Assembly: GCA_965203465.1 (NCBI GenBank)
Contig: CBDBCR010000001.1
Coordinates: 512,001 to 576,000, forward strand
Length of the DNA stretch: 64,000 bases
Direction of reading: 5' to 3'
Origin: Nitrosopumilaceae archaeon
GTDB lineage: Archaea > Thermoproteota > Nitrososphaeria > Nitrososphaerales > Nitrosopumilaceae
Under the pieces are notes generated by a model. That model was not told the DNA's origin. It did not search any database and was given only the letters and a program-made list of their open reading frames with translations. Position numbers and translations under genes: made by a program. Below, one piece after another: positions 36,835 through 47,649 of the stretch (position 1 is its first letter; each line of letters begins with the position of its first letter).

Positions 36835-37097
36835 TTTCGAACCACGATACTTCCCTCTTGCGGAAGTATCGCGGCACAAAGTATATGAAAGTTGGTGTCG
36901 GGTACCGGGGGGAGGGGTGGACGAATTTCGGGATCACACGCGGGTTCGTATTTCGAACCACGATACTTTCGTTATACGGAAGTATCGCAGCACAAAGTAT
37001 GACGCCTGCGCCGGGCAAGGACGAGAGAGTCGGGATCGTGGGGGTTCTTTTGCGTCACGATGCTTCCCTTTTGTAGAAGTATCGCGGCACAAAGCAC
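36835..37097. repeat. Three diverged copies of a ~40-50 bp palindromic repeat (probable AbiEi operators)
   Basis: CGATACTTCC-N7-GGAAGTATCG-C[GA]GCACAAAG with cores at 36845, 36961 and 37058. Confidence 0.85.
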
Positions 37098-37309
37098 GAC
37101 ATCTACTGGTGTACAAAAAGTAGTATACCTCGCCGGCCCGCCCCCGGCCGAAAAGGGCCGGACGAACCGGCTGGCGGACTCTATTTCGGTACAAGACGTA
37201 CAGTCCCGAAATCATTTCGCGCGCCAGCCCTCTGTTGTCCCAAAAACAGTATCGCCCCCGTAGGGAGGGGGGCCGCCTCAGTTATTTAGGGCGGGGCGGC
37301 CGCGCGCGC

Positions 37310-37981
37310 GTGGCGGACGTGCTGGCCATACACAACACGTGGAGGGAGGGGCTGGGCGGCCTGCGCCCCCTGCTCGAATCAGACGGCTTTTCCGTAGAGA
37401 GCGTGAGCGCCATGTCGGGGATACCGGAAGCCGACCCGTCCCTCGCGATAATACTGGGCGGCCCGCAGAGCGTGTCGGACGGCTCGCCGCACCTTTTGGC
37501 AGAGCAGGAGGCCATACGCGGGTACATGGAGAGGCGGGTTCCCGTGCTCGGCGTCTGCCTCGGCTCCCAGCTGATAGCCGCAGCGGCCGGCGGCAGGGTG
37601 GGGCGCGGGCCGGCCCCCGAGATCGGCTTTTACGAGGTGGGCCGCTCGGCGGATCCGCTGCTCTCCGGCCTGCCCGACCCGATGACCGTCTTCCACTGGC
37701 ACATGGACGGCATCGAGCCCCCGCCGGGCGCCGAGGTGCTGGCAAGCTCCGAAAAGTACCCCTGCCAGGCGTTCCGGGCGGGCTCGGCCGTCGGCGTGCA
37801 GTTCCACCTCGAAGTCGACGAGGCCATGGTGTCGCTGTGGCTGGACAACTCGACGGAGCTGCTCGCGAGGGCCGGCATCGACGCCGGAGCCGTCAGGGCG
37901 CAGATGCCCGAGGCGATGCCGCGCGTCCGGGAGGGGCTGCGGACCTTTTACGGCAACTTCAAATCGGCGTTCAAGCTATAA
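37310..37981 (+). CDS. Type 1 glutamine amidotransferase (GMP synthase-like)
   Basis: 'LGVCLGSQL', 'HWH.D', 'QFHLE' catalytic triad motifs. Confidence 0.9.
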   Translation: MADVLAIHNTWREGLGGLRPLLESDGFSVESVSAMSGIPEADPSLAIILGGPQSVSDGSPHLLAEQEAIRGYMERRVPVLGVCLGSQLIAAAAGGRVGRGPAPEIGFYEVGRSADPLLSGLPDPMTVFHWHMDGIEPPPGAEVLASSEKYPCQAFRAGSAVGVQFHLEVDEAMVSLWLDNSTELLARAGIDAGAVRAQMPEAMPRVREGLRTFYGNFKSAFKL

Positions 37982-38007
37982 ATACGGAGCGCGGGGGCGG
38001 CGGGGAA

Positions 38008-40128
38008 ATGTCGGGCGTGTTCGAGCGGGCGATGAATTCGGAGCACCGCGTCATAACCGAAGACGACGCAAAGTCGCTGCTCAAAAAGTACGGCCTGCGC
38101 GTGCCCGAATGGGCGCTGGCCACCACGGCCGACGAGGCTGCCAGGCACGCCAAAAAGCTGGGCTTTCCGCTTGCCATGAAGGCGGTCTCGCCCCAGATAC
38201 TCCACAAGACCGACGTGGGCGGCGTCAAGGTGGGAGTCTCGTCTGCGCAGGAGGCAAGAAAGGTATTCGAGGACATGCACGGGCGCCTCTCCAAAAAGGG
38301 GCTGCGCGGGATACTGCTCGAAAAGATGGCGCCAAAGGGCGTCGAGCTGATAGTGGGGGTGCAAAACGATCCGCAGTTCGGGCCCGTCATCATGGTCGGC
38401 ATGGGCGGGGTGCTCACCGAGGTGCTAAAGGACGTCTCGTTCCGCATGTTGCCCATAACCCCGTCGGACGCGCGCTCGATGCTCCAAGAGCTGAAAGGGT
38501 ACCCGATGCTGCGCGGCTTCCGCGGCTCCGAGCCCGTCGATATACCGCTGCTCTGCAGGGCGCTGGTGCGCATGGGCAGGATGGCGATGGACCACGCCGA
38601 CTATATCGAGAGCGCCGACTTTAACCCGGTGATAGCCTACCCAAAGTCGCACTGCATAGTGGACGCAAAGATACTGCTCTCCAAGAAAAAGCGCCCCGCC
38701 GTCTCGCGTGCGCGGCCCGACAGGGAGCACATGGAAAAGTTCTTCACGCCCTCGTCGGTGGCCCTCGTCGGGGCATCGGCCACGCCCGGCAAGATAGGCA
38801 ACTCGATACTGGACAGTTTGGTGAACCACGACTACAAGGGCAGGGTGTACCCGGTCAACCCCAAGGTGGACAAGATATTCGGCAAAAAGTGCTACCCGTC
38901 GGTGGCGGCCATACCGGGCAGCGTGGACTTGGTGGTGATATCGGTGGACCTTTCGGTGACCCCGCAGGTGCTCGAAGAGTGCGCCAAAAAGGGGATACAC
39001 AACGCGGTGATCGTCTCGGGCGGGGGCAAGGAGCTTGGCGGCGAGCGCGCCGGGTACGAGGAGCAGGTGCGCCGCCTCTCGGCAGAGCACCGCATACGGA
39101 TAATCGGGCCCAACTGCATAGGCATGTTCAACGCGGCCAACCGGCTCGACTGCGCCTTCCAGGGGCAGGCGCGCATGGTGCGCGCCCGCAAGGGGGACGT
39201 GGCGCTGCTCTCGCAGAGCGGCACCATGGGGATAAGCTTCCTCGAGACGGCCGACGCGTTCGGCCTCTCAAAGATGGTCAGCTACGGCAACCGATCCGAC
39301 GTAGACGAGGCCGACATGATATGGTACCTGGCCTCGGACCCCGAGACGAAGGTGATAGCGCTGTACGTCGAGGGGTTCGGCGACGGGCGCAAGTTCGTGC
39401 GGACCGCAAAGCGCGTCATGAAGGAGGCCGGCAAGCCGGTCGTCGTGTGGAAGAGCGGGCGCACCGAGATAGGCGCCAAGCAGGCGGCCTCGCACACCGG
39501 ATCGCTGGGCGGCTCGGCCGCCGTCATAGCGGGGGCGTTCCGGCAGGCCGGCGTCATATCGGTGGACAGCTACCAGGAACTGGCCGCGGTCGCAAAGGCG
39601 CTCACCTGGCAGCCGCCGGCGAGGGGCAACAGGGCCGCCATGGCGAGCAACGGGGCCGGGCCCATGATAGGGGCCATGGACCACTTCGGGCGCCTGGGCC
39701 TGCGCGTGGCGCGCGTCTCGCCCGCCTCGCGCCGGGCCATGAAGTCGCACTTTCCGCCCACGTACGTGATAGGCAGCGGGAACCCGGCCGACGTGACCGG
39801 CGGGGCCAACGCCGACGACTACCGCTTCGTGATGCAGACGTTCATGGACGACGCGGGCGTCGACATCGTCATGCCCTGGTTCGTCTTCCAAGACGATCCG
39901 CTCGAGGAGACCATCGTGGACCACCTCGCGGCGTTCTCCAAAAAGCGCGAAAAGCCCGTCCTGGTGGGGGCAAACGGCGGGCCGTACACGCAAAAGATCT
40001 CGCGGCTCATAGAGAGCCACGGCGTGCCCGTCTACGACGACCTGCGCGACTGGGTGGCCGCCGCCTCGGCCCTCGCGCAGTGGGGGCGGCGGCTCGGGGC
40101 GGCTGGACGCGGGCGCCCCGCGCGGTAG
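38008..40128 (+). CDS. 3-hydroxypropionyl-CoA synthetase (ADP-forming) of the thaumarchaeal HP/HB carbon-fixation cycle
   Basis: N-terminal ATP-grasp ('[10 protein letters not shown]'), CoA-binding domain, 'GPNCIG', 'SQSG', 'SHTG'. Domain order and sequence closely resemble N. maritimus Nmar_1309 as recalled ('[10 protein letters not shown]', '[18 protein letters not shown]'). Confidence 0.88.
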   Translation: MSGVFERAMNSEHRVITEDDAKSLLKKYGLRVPEWALATTADEAARHAKKLGFPLAMKAVSPQILHKTDVGGVKVGVSSAQEARKVFEDMHGRLSKKGLRGILLEKMAPKGVELIVGVQNDPQFGPVIMVGMGGVLTEVLKDVSFRMLPITPSDARSMLQELKGYPMLRGFRGSEPVDIPLLCRALVRMGRMAMDHADYIESADFNPVIAYPKSHCIVDAKILLSKKKRPAVSRARPDREHMEKFFTPSSVALVGASATPGKIGNSILDSLVNHDYKGRVYPVNPKVDKIFGKKCYPSVAAIPGSVDLVVISVDLSVTPQVLEECAKKGIHNAVIVSGGGKELGGERAGYEEQVRRLSAEHRIRIIGPNCIGMFNAANRLDCAFQGQARMVRARKGDVALLSQSGTMGISFLETADAFGLSKMVSYGNRSDVDEADMIWYLASDPETKVIALYVEGFGDGRKFVRTAKRVMKEAGKPVVVWKSGRTEIGAKQAASHTGSLGGSAAVIAGAFRQAGVISVDSYQELAAVAKALTWQPPARGNRAAMASNGAGPMIGAMDHFGRLGLRVARVSPASRRAMKSHFPPTYVIGSGNPADVTGGANADDYRFVMQTFMDDAGVDIVMPWFVFQDDPLEETIVDHLAAFSKKREKPVLVGANGGPYTQKISRLIESHGVPVYDDLRDWVAAASALAQWGRRLGAAGRGRPAR

Positions 40129-40496
40129 GGCGCGGCAGGCCGGGCTGCAGGACAACTTTTCGCAGCGCGGAGGCCTGGCGGGCGGCGCGCATCCGACCGC
40201 TTTAGTTAGCGGTTGCCGCACCCGCATACTTTCGCCCGTGTCTGGCACGCGCGCGGCCTTGGCATCCCGTATCGGCTTGGATTCCCCGACAGGTTTTGTC
40301 AGGCGGCGCCCGAACCGGCATCTGCGCCTCGCCCGCTTGTTCGGGATCGTCGAGGCCCTCTGCCTATTCAGATCGCAGATACCGATCGAGCGCTTCGCTT
40401 GGTTTGTTTTTCCAGTTTGCGCTTCACGACAGAGCTTGACACCGCTCTCTCGCTAGGCGCTTGACGCATTCTATGCGTTCTTGTGCTGTCTGTACT

Positions 40497-41017
40497 TCAG
40501 CCAGCGTTTCCGGATTCGATCTCTTCTACCATGCGCTCGATTTCGGGGTTGAAGCACGCTCCGTCTTCAGAACCAACGTCCGTTACTTCGCCCTTTGTCC
40601 CATTCTTCGCGTATTGCGGGCAGCCTGCATATATTCCGCCGATGATCTTTTTTAGCGATTTTTTGTTGAGGTTGACAAACGTCTCGTAGGTGCGATTCGC
40701 GAGGCCGCCGTGGGCCTCCATCAAGCGCGGCTGTCTCTTGGCGCCTTTTGGCCCGAGGCTGTACACGTCCACCGCGCGGCACCCGATCTCGCGGGGCTCG
40801 ATCTTGACCGCCCCCGTCCTTACAGCTTTGTGTAGATCGCCCGCGAGATCCGCGCTGTACGGCCCGTAGCGGTACGCCTCCCAGTCGGAATAGAATCCGA
40901 GGGGCTTCAGTTCTGCACGGTAGAGCTGGCGTGCCAGAAACCGCATTTCTGCAACCGCGTCCTGCCCGCGACGGCGGTCCGTTTGATCAGAAAAACAAGC
41001 TTGTCGACTCTTTCCAA
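40497..41017 (-). pseudogene. SocA/Panacea (DUF4065)- or YwgA-like antitoxin, frameshifted
   Basis: 'GRTRLQKCGF' in one frame and 'LARQLY...WEAYRYGPYSADL...YSL' in another; 1-nt shift near 40935. Confidence 0.65.
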
Positions 41018-41239
41018 CGTCTGCCGCCTGCGGCGCCCGTATCTGAACCGGACGGCGATCCCGGGGCAACCGGCAGGGCCGGGCCCGCGTTCGGCCGCGC
41101 GTCGATCCGCGCGCGACGCGAATCGGGCCGTTTCGCGGGGGGCCGGCGGATCCCCCCGGCCGAACGCGCTTCGCGCCGGCGCCTGAGCGGGGCAAACCGC
41201 GCCGCCACGTTTTTGTAGCGGGGCCCGCCCGGGCCGGGC

Positions 41240-41419
41240 ATGAAGGAGGATCCCGGAATCAACGAGCTGAGCACCGAGCTTGCGCAGCGGGTGGTCGTCT
41301 TGGAGTTCAAGATAGAGCAGATGATGAAGGCGCTTGCCCGCATCGAGCGGGCCGTGGGCGCCGGCAGGCAGGGCCAGGCCCACCTGCGGCTGGACCAGCA
41401 CGCCTGGGCGCCTTCGTGA
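41240..41419 (+). CDS. Small coiled-coil protein (59 aa)
   Basis: MKEDPGINELSTELAQRVVVLEFKIEQMMKALARIERAV...; T-rich box ~25 nt upstream; too short for the ORF track. Confidence 0.55.
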   Translation: MKEDPGINELSTELAQRVVVLEFKIEQMMKALARIERAVGAGRQGQAHLRLDQHAWAPS

Positions 41420-41509
41420 ACCCGCCGGGTTCCGGGGGGCCCGGGCGCCGCGCCGGCTCAAGAGCGGCCGGCGCTCAAGGTTTTTAGCGAGCAGATCCGC
41501 GGGGCCCCC

Positions 41510-42037
41510 GTGGTCACGATAAACGAGTTCCTCGTCATGGGGGGGTTCATCACCAACCTGCTCGGCGTGGTGGTCTCGGCGGTGCTGACCGTGATAGTCG
41601 TAAAGTACCAGAACAGGCAGAGGGACACGGCCGAGCGCTTCCACGGGGTCGAGATAGACGACAACATACAGAGCATGGGGGACATCTTCGACGCGGTCAT
41701 ACACGCCTCCAGGCACTCGAGCAGCAGGCCCGAGGACGTGGAGCTGGCCACGTACGCGCTGGAAAAGTACTACAAGCACAACGCCAGCCGCATAACGGCG
41801 CTAGTGCAGTCTACCGAGACTCACATAGACCAGCTGCTCAGCATGGACCCCGAGCAGCGCGCCGACCTGCTCGCGGCCGTGAGGGCGCTGCAGTGGCTCG
41901 TAGAGGAGTACTATCCGCCGCGCACCTCGTTCAACACCAAAAAGAGGATCTGGGCCAAGCAGTACGACATGCTGTTCGAAAAGCGCAACGTGATCAGCCG
42001 CGCGCACAAGAGGATGGAAGAGGCGGGCATAACGTGA
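41510..42037 (+). CDS. Hypothetical membrane-anchored protein
   Basis: One N-terminal TM helix, helical remainder; TTTTTA box upstream. Confidence 0.7.
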   Translation: MVTINEFLVMGGFITNLLGVVVSAVLTVIVVKYQNRQRDTAERFHGVEIDDNIQSMGDIFDAVIHASRHSSSRPEDVELATYALEKYYKHNASRITALVQSTETHIDQLLSMDPEQRADLLAAVRALQWLVEEYYPPRTSFNTKKRIWAKQYDMLFEKRNVISRAHKRMEEAGIT

Positions 42038-42750
42038 GGCTCGGATGGCGCGCGGCACTGCTGCTGGCGCTGCCCGCCGCGCTCCCCGCGTGCGCCGAGG
42101 TGTACGTGGAAAACGAGCGCGTCTACGAGGGGCCGGACGGCAGCTACCGCATAGTCGGCGAGGTGGTCAACGGCCTGGAATACGCGGTCAGCGGCGTGAC
42201 CGTGCGCGCCTCGCACGGGGGCGGCGAGTCCTCGTCGGGCGCGCTGGCAAGGACGCTGCCGCCGGGCCTGAGGGCGCCGTTCGAGATAGCCGTCGAGGGC
42301 GGCGCCGGCGCGTACGATCTGGACGCGAGCTACGCCATAGGGGCGCCGCGCAGCCAGGTCATGGAGGTGACCGACTCGGAGCTTGCCAGCGCGGCCGGCA
42401 TGACGGTGATACGGGGGACCGTCGCAAACAACGGCGAGATCACGGCAAACGGGGTCTCGATAACCGCGACCCTGTACGGCAGGGACGGGGGCGTGGTGGC
42501 CGTGGCAGGCCCGCACGCCGGGCCCGACTACCTCCCGAGCGGCGGCGAGGCGCGCTTCGTGGTGCCGGTGCGCGAGGTGGCGGGCGAGGCGGTCTCGTAC
42601 TCGCTGGTCGCCGAATCCGAAGAATACGCGGCGGTCCCCGAGTTTTCGCTGGCGCCCGGCCTGCTGCTGGCCGGCTCGGCCGCCGGGTACGTGGCCGCCT
42701 CCAGGCTCACAGCAGGCCCGCCGCGCGCAGCCGGTCGAGCAGCGGGGTGA
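42034..42750 (+). CDS. Secreted FxLYD-domain protein with PEF-CTERM sorting signal
   Basis: Signal peptide; 'IVGEVVN', 'GTVANNG...ATLYGRDG'; C-terminal 'VPEF' plus TM helix. Confidence 0.75.
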   Translation: MRLGWRAALLLALPAALPACAEVYVENERVYEGPDGSYRIVGEVVNGLEYAVSGVTVRASHGGGESSSGALARTLPPGLRAPFEIAVEGGAGAYDLDASYAIGAPRSQVMEVTDSELASAAGMTVIRGTVANNGEITANGVSITATLYGRDGGVVAVAGPHAGPDYLPSGGEARFVVPVREVAGEAVSYSLVAESEEYAAVPEFSLAPGLLLAGSAAGYVAASRLTAGPPRAAGRAAG

Positions 42751-43147
42751 TCTGGGCCGCTATGGCGCCCTTTTCCAGCTCCACGGGGCGGCCGAACGAG
42801 ACGGGCAGCGTGACGGTCAGCACGTCCTCGTCGGTGTGCGATATGGATATCTGGTGGCCGGCCCCGCCAAGCTCCGCGCGCCACGCGCGTATGCGCTCCA
42901 GCGCGCCCGAGACGTGCCGCTCCAGAAAGTCGGCCTCGACGGGCACGGCCGCAAAGACGCCCAGCTTTACCATGGGGAGCGTCAGGTAGCCGCCCCGGAC
43001 CGGCTCGGACCGCTTGTGCATGCCCTCTATGCGGTCTGCGTCCTCGTCGGGGTCGGCGCCGTAGTCTGGATCGAAATAGCCGGCCACGTTCCTGTCCCCG
43101 TCGCGTATCCAGTACGCGTACCCCTCCTCCAGGTCGAACCGCCACAC
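42707..43147 (-). CDS. Hypothetical protein
   Basis: Coding-like frame MWRFDLEEGYAYWIRDG...; TTTATG box ~25 nt upstream. Confidence 0.65.
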   Translation of the reverse strand: MWRFDLEEGYAYWIRDGDRNVAGYFDPDYGADPDEDADRIEGMHKRSEPVRGGYLTLPMVKLGVFAAVPVEADFLERHVSGALERIRAWRAELGGAGHQISISHTDEDVLTVTLPVSFGRPVELEKGAIAAQITPLLDRLRAAGLL

Positions 43148-43255
43148 GGGAGGCCCCCGGGCGCCCCGCTTCATAAATGCGGCGCAGTCCGGAGGCCGCG
43201 GCGCCGCGCACAATTACCTACAAATAATTCGGCCGCGCCCGCCGGGGCGTTGCCG

Positions 43256-43534
43256 ATGCCGGAGGAGAGCCGCGAGTTCGTCTCGAGCCTGATAGACTAC
43301 TACGTGGGCACGGCCGGCTCCTACGTGGATCTTGCCTCGGCGTACCGCGGCGTGGCCGGCTCCGTGCGCGACGCGGCGCTGGGCATGATAGCCGGCAGCA
43401 TCTATTCGGGGTTCATGCAGTCGTACCAGTCCAGGGGGGCCTCGCCCAGCCTGGAGGAGGTGCGCGAATTCAACGAGATCATGCGCGAGTGCGCCCCGCG
43501 GATAATGGAGGCGGTCGAGGGGGCGCTGAAGTGA
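43256..43534 (+). CDS. Hypothetical protein
   Basis: MPEESREFVSSLIDYYV...; AAATAAT box upstream. Confidence 0.7.
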   Translation: MPEESREFVSSLIDYYVGTAGSYVDLASAYRGVAGSVRDAALGMIAGSIYSGFMQSYQSRGASPSLEEVREFNEIMRECAPRIMEAVEGALK

Positions 43535-43623
43535 AGGCCGACGGCAGCCGGCTCATATTCGTGCTCGGCGTGGCCTTTTCGCTGGCAGTCGCCGCCGTGA
43601 GCCTGGCGCTGGCGCTCGGATAA
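43531..43623 (+). CDS. 30-aa single-TM microprotein
   Basis: GTGA overlap; MKADGSRLIFVLGVAFSLAVAAVSLALALG. Confidence 0.45.
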   Translation: MKADGSRLIFVLGVAFSLAVAAVSLALALG

Positions 43624-43654
43624 AGATAAAAGCCGGCCGCGCGCGGCGCCCCCC

Positions 43655-43972
43655 GTGGGCGAGGTCACCGAGTTTCGGGTGCATCAGATAATAGACAACG
43701 GGCGGGCCGTGCAGATGACCGTGGTGGAGAACCTGAGCACCGAGCCCATCTCGCAGAAGCAGATGATAATGGAGTCGGTCGCAAAGCTCGACGAGGACAC
43801 GCGCAAGCACGTCACGCCGCTGCTCGCGGCCATACTCCAGGCGCAGCCGACCATAAAGATGAAGAGCTACGAGCAGACGACCATGACCATCGCAATGCCC
43901 AAGGGCAGGTACGAGCGCATGGGCAAGCCCGAGGTCGGCTCCATAATCGACATACGGATATCACCCAAGTAG
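43655..43972 (+). CDS. Arcadin-1-like protein
   Basis: 'VQMTVVE', '[14 protein letters not shown]' and 'MTIAM...[16 protein letters not shown]' follow the arcadin-1 layout as recalled. Confidence 0.5.
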   Translation: MGEVTEFRVHQIIDNGRAVQMTVVENLSTEPISQKQMIMESVAKLDEDTRKHVTPLLAAILQAQPTIKMKSYEQTTMTIAMPKGRYERMGKPEVGSIIDIRISPK

Positions 43973-45964
43973 AGCGCGCAGCTCTTCGGCCGAGCTGACC
44001 GGGGGCGAGCACGAGCCGTCCCTGCACACGTACGCGCGGGGCTGCCCGAACTCCTTGCCCTCGAAGAACGCCACGCCGGAGAGGGCCTCGAGGGCCTCCG
44101 CCGACGGCACCCGGACGGCTATGGCGCCGGGCAGGCGCCTGCGCCACACGCCCGCGGCCATGCCGTCACCCGAATCCATGACGGTCACCTCCGTCACGCC
44201 GCGCACGTACGCCGCCATCACGCAGAGCGTGTTGCCGAACGCGAACGGGTTCTCGGCGGCCTGCCCGGCGTGCGCCTCCAGCACGCATTCGCACGCGTCC
44301 ATGTATTTTTTTTCGCCCGTCAGGTGGTACAGGCGCAGCAGCAGCGAGGCCGACGCGGAGCTGCCCGACGGCAGCGAGAGGTCGTGCGAGCTCGCGGGCC
44401 TCGAGACCAGCTTTTCGTGGTCTTCCGACGTCATGAACAGCTCGCCGCCCTTGCGGAAGCGGTCCAGCACCGCGCCGGCCATGGCGCGCGCCCCGTCCAG
44501 GTACGCCAGCGACGGCGAGGCTTCGAACAGGTCCAGCAGCGCGCAGCCGTAGAACGCGTGGTCGTCGAGGTACCCGCCTATCTTGGAGGCGCCGCCGGCG
44601 CGTATGCGCAGCAGCCTGCCGCCCTCGAACATGCGCCCGCGTATGAAGCCGACGCACTCGGACGCCGCGTCCAGGTACGAGCGGTCCAGGCTTAGCCGGT
44701 ATCCGGCGACCAGCGCCGATGCCGCCAGCGCGTTCCACGACGTGATGATCTTGCCGTCGAGGCCGGGCCGCGGCCTGCCCGAGCGCTCCTTCAGCAGGGC
44801 GGCCCTGCCCTCGGCCAGTATCCCGGGCATCTGCCCCAGGTCCACGCCGGCGTGCGCTGCCGCGCGCGCGGCCCCGGCCGAAGCGCACAGTATGGTGCGC
44901 CCCTCCCAGTTGCCCCCGTCGGTGATGTCGTAATAGGCGCAGAACGCCTCGGCCTCGGGCGTGCGGCCCAGCGCGCCGAGCACCTCCTTTTTGGTCCACG
45001 TGTAGTAGGCGCCCTCGCCCCCCTCCGAATCGGCGTCGAGCGCCGAATAAAACCCGCCCTCGGGCGAGCGCATCTCGCGCAGCACGAAGTCGAGCGTGCG
45101 CAGCAGCGCCTCCAGGTGGGCCGGATCGCCGGTGGCCCGGTACGCGTCGGCGTACGAGACCGGTATCAGGGCGTTGTCGTAGAGCATCTTTTCAAAGTGC
45201 GGCACGAGCCAGCGCGCGTCCGTAGAGTACCTGTGGAAGCCGCCCCCGACGTGGTCGAAGATCCCGCCGCGCCCCATGCGGTCCAGCGTCTTGGCCGCGA
45301 AGCCGGCAAACCTGGGGCTTTCAGAATACGCCAGCAGGAACGAGACGCACGCCGAGTTTGGGAATTTCGGCGCCGAGCCGAACCCGCCGTTGACCGGATC
45401 TGCCATCTGCAGCAGGTTGACGGCCGCCTCGTCCAGGGACGACTCGGAGACTGGCGCCGACTGGGCCGCCGCGCGCGCAAGGCCCGCGGTGAACTTGCCG
45501 GCGGCCCTGCGCACGTCCGACGGGTTCTCTTTCCATGCCTGCGCCAGCCGGCGCAGCACGCTGCCGAAGCCGGGCCGGCCGTACGAATCCGACGAAGGGT
45601 AGAACGTGCCGACGTGGAACGGCTCCTGGCCGGGTGTCAGAAAGACGCTCAGCGGCCAGCCGCCCTGGCCGGTGGCCGCCTGGCAGGCGCGCTGGTACAC
45701 GTCGTCGATGTCGGGCCTCTCTTCCCTGTCCACCTTTATGTTGACGAAGTTGGCGTTCATGAAGCCGGCTATCTGGGCGTTCTCGAAAGAATCGTGCTCC
45801 ATGACGTGGCACCAGTGGCAGGAACTGTACCCGACGCTCAGGAATATGGGCATGTCCAGCTCGCGCGCGCGGCCCAGCGCCTCGGGCCCCCACGGGTACC
45901 AGTCGACTGGGTTGCCCGCGTGCTGCAGCAGGTACGTGCTCGTCTCGCGCGCCAGCCTGTTCAC
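43961..45964 (-). CDS. Thioredoxin domain-containing protein (YyaL/SSP411 family)
   Basis: '[24 protein letters not shown]', '[10 protein letters not shown]', '[12 protein letters not shown]'. Confidence 0.93.
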   Translation of the reverse strand: MNRLARETSTYLLQHAGNPVDWYPWGPEALGRARELDMPIFLSVGYSSCHWCHVMEHDSFENAQIAGFMNANFVNIKVDREERPDIDDVYQRACQAATGQGGWPLSVFLTPGQEPFHVGTFYPSSDSYGRPGFGSVLRRLAQAWKENPSDVRRAAGKFTAGLARAAAQSAPVSESSLDEAAVNLLQMADPVNGGFGSAPKFPNSACVSFLLAYSESPRFAGFAAKTLDRMGRGGIFDHVGGGFHRYSTDARWLVPHFEKMLYDNALIPVSYADAYRATGDPAHLEALLRTLDFVLREMRSPEGGFYSALDADSEGGEGAYYTWTKKEVLGALGRTPEAEAFCAYYDITDGGNWEGRTILCASAGAARAAAHAGVDLGQMPGILAEGRAALLKERSGRPRPGLDGKIITSWNALAASALVAGYRLSLDRSYLDAASECVGFIRGRMFEGGRLLRIRAGGASKIGGYLDDHAFYGCALLDLFEASPSLAYLDGARAMAGAVLDRFRKGGELFMTSEDHEKLVSRPASSHDLSLPSGSSASASLLLRLYHLTGEKKYMDACECVLEAHAGQAAENPFAFGNTLCVMAAYVRGVTEVTVMDSGDGMAAGVWRRRLPGAIAVRVPSAEALEALSGVAFFEGKEFGQPRAYVCRDGSCSPPVSSAEELRALLG

Positions 45965-45996
45965 GCCGGCTCGCGCGGCGCGTCCATATTTGTAGG

Positions 45997-46203
45997 CTAG
46001 CCGTCCTCCCCCAGCTCGTACATGCGGGCGTTGATCTTTGCGAGCAGCTTTTTCTTGGACTTTTCGGCCTTGCGGTCGTGGCCGTAGTCCTTTCTGGAGA
46101 CCAGCTCTTCCAGCCTCCTGAGCTGCCCCGCGCTCATCTTTTTGATCTCGCCGCGCGAGACCAGCGTCAGCAGCGCGACGCGCTCCATGTCCTCGTTCTT
46201 CAC
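45997..46203 (-). CDS. Small hypothetical protein
   Basis: Coding-like 68-aa ORF; CTTAAG box upstream. Confidence 0.7.
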   Translation of the reverse strand: MKNEDMERVALLTLVSRGEIKKMSAGQLRRLEELVSRKDYGHDRKAEKSKKKLLAKINARMYELGEDG

Positions 46204-46276
46204 GCGGCGCCGGCGCGCCGGCCGGCCTTAAGTCTGGCGGGCCGGATTTAATAAGGCCGCCCGGCGGCGCCCGCCC

Positions 46277-47278
46277 GTGAAGGCCATGGTGCTCGAGAGG
46301 CTGGGCCCCATAGAGACGCGCCCCCTCGAGATGAGGGAGGTGCCCACGCACCGCGTATCGTCCCCCCGCCAGGTGCTGATCAGGATAGAGGCGTGCGGCG
46401 TGTGCCACTCGCAGCTTCACGGGATAGAGGGGGACTGGAAGGAGCTCGGCATACCGCCGCAGCTGCCCACCATACCCGGCCACGAGATAGTGGGCACCGT
46501 CGTGGAGGCGGGCCCCGAGGTCACCCGGCTGAAAAAGGGGCAGCGCGCCGGCGTCTCGCCCCTGCTCGAGACGTGCCGCGAGTGCGAGCACTGCCTCGCG
46601 GGCAACGAGCAGAGGTGCGCCGACTCGCAGACGCTCGGCGAGGGCATGCGGGGCGGGTACGCCCAGTACGTCAACGTCCACGAGGACTTTGCCGTGCCCG
46701 TCCCAGATTCCATGAGCCCCCAGTACGCCGCGCCGCTGTTCTGCGCCGGCATAACCGCATACAAGGCCGTAAAGGCGGCCGAGCCGGCGCCGGGCAGGAG
46801 CGTGGGGATATTCGGCATGGGCGGCGTGGGCCACATGGCCGTGCAGTTTGCCGCGCTCGAGGGCATGAGGGTCACGGCCGTCTCGCGCGCGCAGAGGCAC
46901 CTGGACGTGGCGCGCAGGCTGGGCGCGCAAGAGGCGCGCGGGTACGGCGAGCTTGCCGGGCAGCTCGATTCTGCGATCGTGCTGGCCCCGTCCGACGACG
47001 CCACCGAGGCCGCCATACGCTCGGTCAAAAAGGGCGGCACGGTCGTGGTCGCGACCATCGGGCAGATACGCGGGTTCGTCGCGTTCGAGGAAAAGACCGT
47101 CAGGGGCACCCTGATAGGATCCGTCCGGGACATGGAGGAGGTGGTCCGGATAGCGGACGAAAAAAAACTCGAGGTGGTGTACGAAGAGTTCCCGATGGAG
47201 CGGGCCAACGAGGTGCTGGAGCGGCTAAAGAACTCGGAGCTGGACGCCAGGGCGGTCCTGGTGCCGTGGAAGAGTTGA
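46277..47278 (+). CDS. Zinc-dependent alcohol dehydrogenase
   Basis: 'CGVCHS', 'GHE', structural Zn motif CxxCxxC...C, 'GMGGVG'. Confidence 0.93.
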   Translation: MKAMVLERLGPIETRPLEMREVPTHRVSSPRQVLIRIEACGVCHSQLHGIEGDWKELGIPPQLPTIPGHEIVGTVVEAGPEVTRLKKGQRAGVSPLLETCRECEHCLAGNEQRCADSQTLGEGMRGGYAQYVNVHEDFAVPVPDSMSPQYAAPLFCAGITAYKAVKAAEPAPGRSVGIFGMGGVGHMAVQFAALEGMRVTAVSRAQRHLDVARRLGAQEARGYGELAGQLDSAIVLAPSDDATEAAIRSVKKGGTVVVATIGQIRGFVAFEEKTVRGTLIGSVRDMEEVVRIADEKKLEVVYEEFPMERANEVLERLKNSELDARAVLVPWKS

Positions 47279-47427
47279 ACTGCAGGCGGTGCCACCACGC
47301 GGGCGAGGCGCACGCAGAATCCGAGTGGGGCGCCTCGATGGCCGGCCTCGGCGAGTGCCGCGTGCCGGGGTGCGCGTGCGGGCAGTACCTGGATCAGATG
47401 GCGTCCATAGACGAGGAGCTGGTCTAG
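47275..47427 (+). CDS. Small Cys/His metal-binding protein
   Basis: TTGA overlap; CRRCHH...H...CRVPGCACGQY. Confidence 0.7.
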   Translation: MNCRRCHHAGEAHAESEWGASMAGLGECRVPGCACGQYLDQMASIDEELV

Positions 47428-47649
47428 ACGGCGCGCTCGCCCGCCGATCTTGCACGGCGCGACCTGGAAAACGCGCTCTCCAAGATAAACGCCCTGGAGG
47501 TCTCGGCGGCCGACGAGGCGCAGCGGGGGGCCGCCAAGGCGATGCGCGCCGTGGCAGAGGCGCAGCTCTACGCGGTCAACGAGATAGAGCACCTAAAGAA
47601 GGCGATAGACCTGCTCACGCAGATGCTCTTCGAAAAGAGGTCACTTTAG
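47428..47649 (+). CDS. Small coiled-coil protein; start codon unclear
   Basis: 'DLENALSKINALE...AEAQLYAVNEIEHLKKAIDLLTQMLF' lies in frame directly after the upstream TAG; first codon is ACG. Confidence 0.5.
   Translation, partial: TARSPADLARRDLENALSKINALEVSAADEAQRGAAKAMRAVAEAQLYAVNEIEHLKKAIDLLTQMLFEKRSL

Noticed and set aside
36835-37097. CRISPR mini-array
   Set aside because: Repeats are diverged, periods are unequal (116 and 97 nt), inter-repeat segments resemble each other (TCGGGATC...GGGTTC), and no cas genes are present.
38008-40128. 4-hydroxybutyryl-CoA synthetase or generic acetyl-CoA synthetase
   Set aside because: The N-terminal ATP-grasp order and motifs fit the 3-hydroxypropionyl-CoA synthetase better.
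40200-40490. Toxin gene remnant downstream of the SocA-like pseudogene
   Set aside because: Lower-GC stretch with stops and no motif I could assign.
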